Positions 62,740 through 64,000 of a stretch of DNA of 64,000 bases are shown piece after piece. Under the pieces are notes generated by a model. The model saw nothing but the letters and a program-made list of their open reading frames with translations, was not told where the DNA came from and did not search any database. Within the stretch, counting starts at the first letter, position 1, and each line of letters begins with the position of its first letter. A program made the position numbers and the translations under genes. Source of the DNA: Pristiophorus japonicus (Eukaryota); contig NC_091995.1 in the NCBI RefSeq assembly GCF_044704955.1, positions 4,836,001 through 4,900,000 on the forward strand. The letters are read 5' to 3'.

Positions 62740-64000
62740 CTGGGGGAAAGTTAAAGTAACACAGTCAGTGATTTAGTTTCTTGCTGTGATTTATTTAAAC
62801 GCTTTCCCTTTTAAAGTGCCCACTCGGGCTCTGGGTTGTGATCATGGAAACTCCTGCCGCTCCAAGGTTTACGCCCCGGGGGTCGATTGAAGTCAATTTC
62901 GGGCCTGAATCAGCGCAGTCAGCGCCTGGAGATAAAGACCCGAAAACCACTGGAGACACTGAGAGAGGGTAGAGAGAGATCGGGGGTGGGCGGGAGGAGG
63001 GGGAGAGAGACTGGCGGGACAGTGTGAGTGGGGTCTGGGGAGGGGAGAGAGAGAGCGGTGGGGTTGGGTTGCGGGGAGACTGAGGTTTAAGCAGCTGTTT
63101 CCAAAGGCCGCAAGGAAAGTAGTGTTGTAAATAAAATATTTCACAGGTAAGACAGAGTCCAGTATAAGGAATGCGATAGAAATAAACACACTGCAATTAC
63201 ATCTGAAGGAGAAACTTACATTTCTAATGTTCCTGACAAATACCTCAAAGCACTTCCCACAATGTATTACTTCCCATACTCTCCGCATAAAGTAGTTGGG
63301 AGTGATTTACGTCTCACAATCGCCCGGATTTACACCGTAAACGGAGCAGTAACGAGACAAAAACCACCCGCAGTGCTTCCCACCTGGTTCCCACCAAGGC
63401 CCGCCGGGAGATTATGCCGCAGCCGTGAAATAGGAATCCAGCGCTCCCGCACTAAACATGGGGGAAGCCTCATTAGTTTATGCAAACCGGATCCCATAAT
63501 GTACATGTGACCCCAATGCAATCTTGGTCTTCCATTGGACGGTGCGTGAGCTGTGCAAGTCCCACCCAGTGGAACAGTCTGTAGAATGGCCCAACCTGTG
63601 GTCCTTAAAGGGACCGCTGGAACCCCCACAGGGAATGATGCAAGGAGTTAGCTCCGTCCGGTGTCCTGGACAATATTTATCCATCAACCAACATCATGAA
63701 AACAGGCTATCTGGTCATTATCACGTTGCTGCTTGTGGGAGCTTGCTGTGCATAAACTGGTTGTGGCGTTTCCTACATTACAACAGTGACTACAGTTTAA
63801 AAACTCTTCATTGTCTGTAAAGATCTTTGGAACATCTTGAGGTCGTGAAAGGTCGGATATAAAAACACTTCTTTCTATTTATTCTCTGTGTAACAGTTTC
63901 TCTGTGGCCGGGAGGTGCATGAATTGTCCTGCCCGCTGCTGGCTGCCCCTCGGCTTTGCCCCTCCGCCCCACAACCCCCATCATCCTACCTCCTCCCCCC

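Overview
This is eukaryotic DNA dominated by repeats, and the repeat complement (CR1/HER1-type LINEs, Deu-domain tRNA SINEs, RTE, Tx1, Gypsy) fits a cartilaginous fish (shark). One complete, apparently intact six-exon TRIM gene (RING, B-box, coiled-coil, PRY-SPRY; about 475 aa) lies on the minus strand at 12639-24799. The terminal B30.2 exon of a tandem paralogue lies at 62189-62739. The rest is a mosaic of duplicated segments. A large diverged inverted duplication (about 2713-10708 versus 40780-57535) carries, in both arms, an ATF6B-like first exon with its CpG/CCAAT promoter and dead TRIM coiled-coil exons. There are also orphan PFDN6 exons 3-4 and an orphan HOOK-family exon. TRIM-B30.2, PFDN6 and ATF6B together suggest MHC-region sequence. 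The most interesting structural signals are: (1) a Gypsy element whose two halves face opposite ways with near-matching target-site duplication (TSD), a probable inversion; (2) a Tx1-like LINE family without a poly(A) tail, with about 15-bp TSDs, found here only inside other transposons; (3) a roughly 4-kb arm-specific insert joining a CR1 to the HOOK exon; and (4) local templated insertions. All protein identifications come from recalled family motifs, not database searches, and repeat boundaries are approximate.
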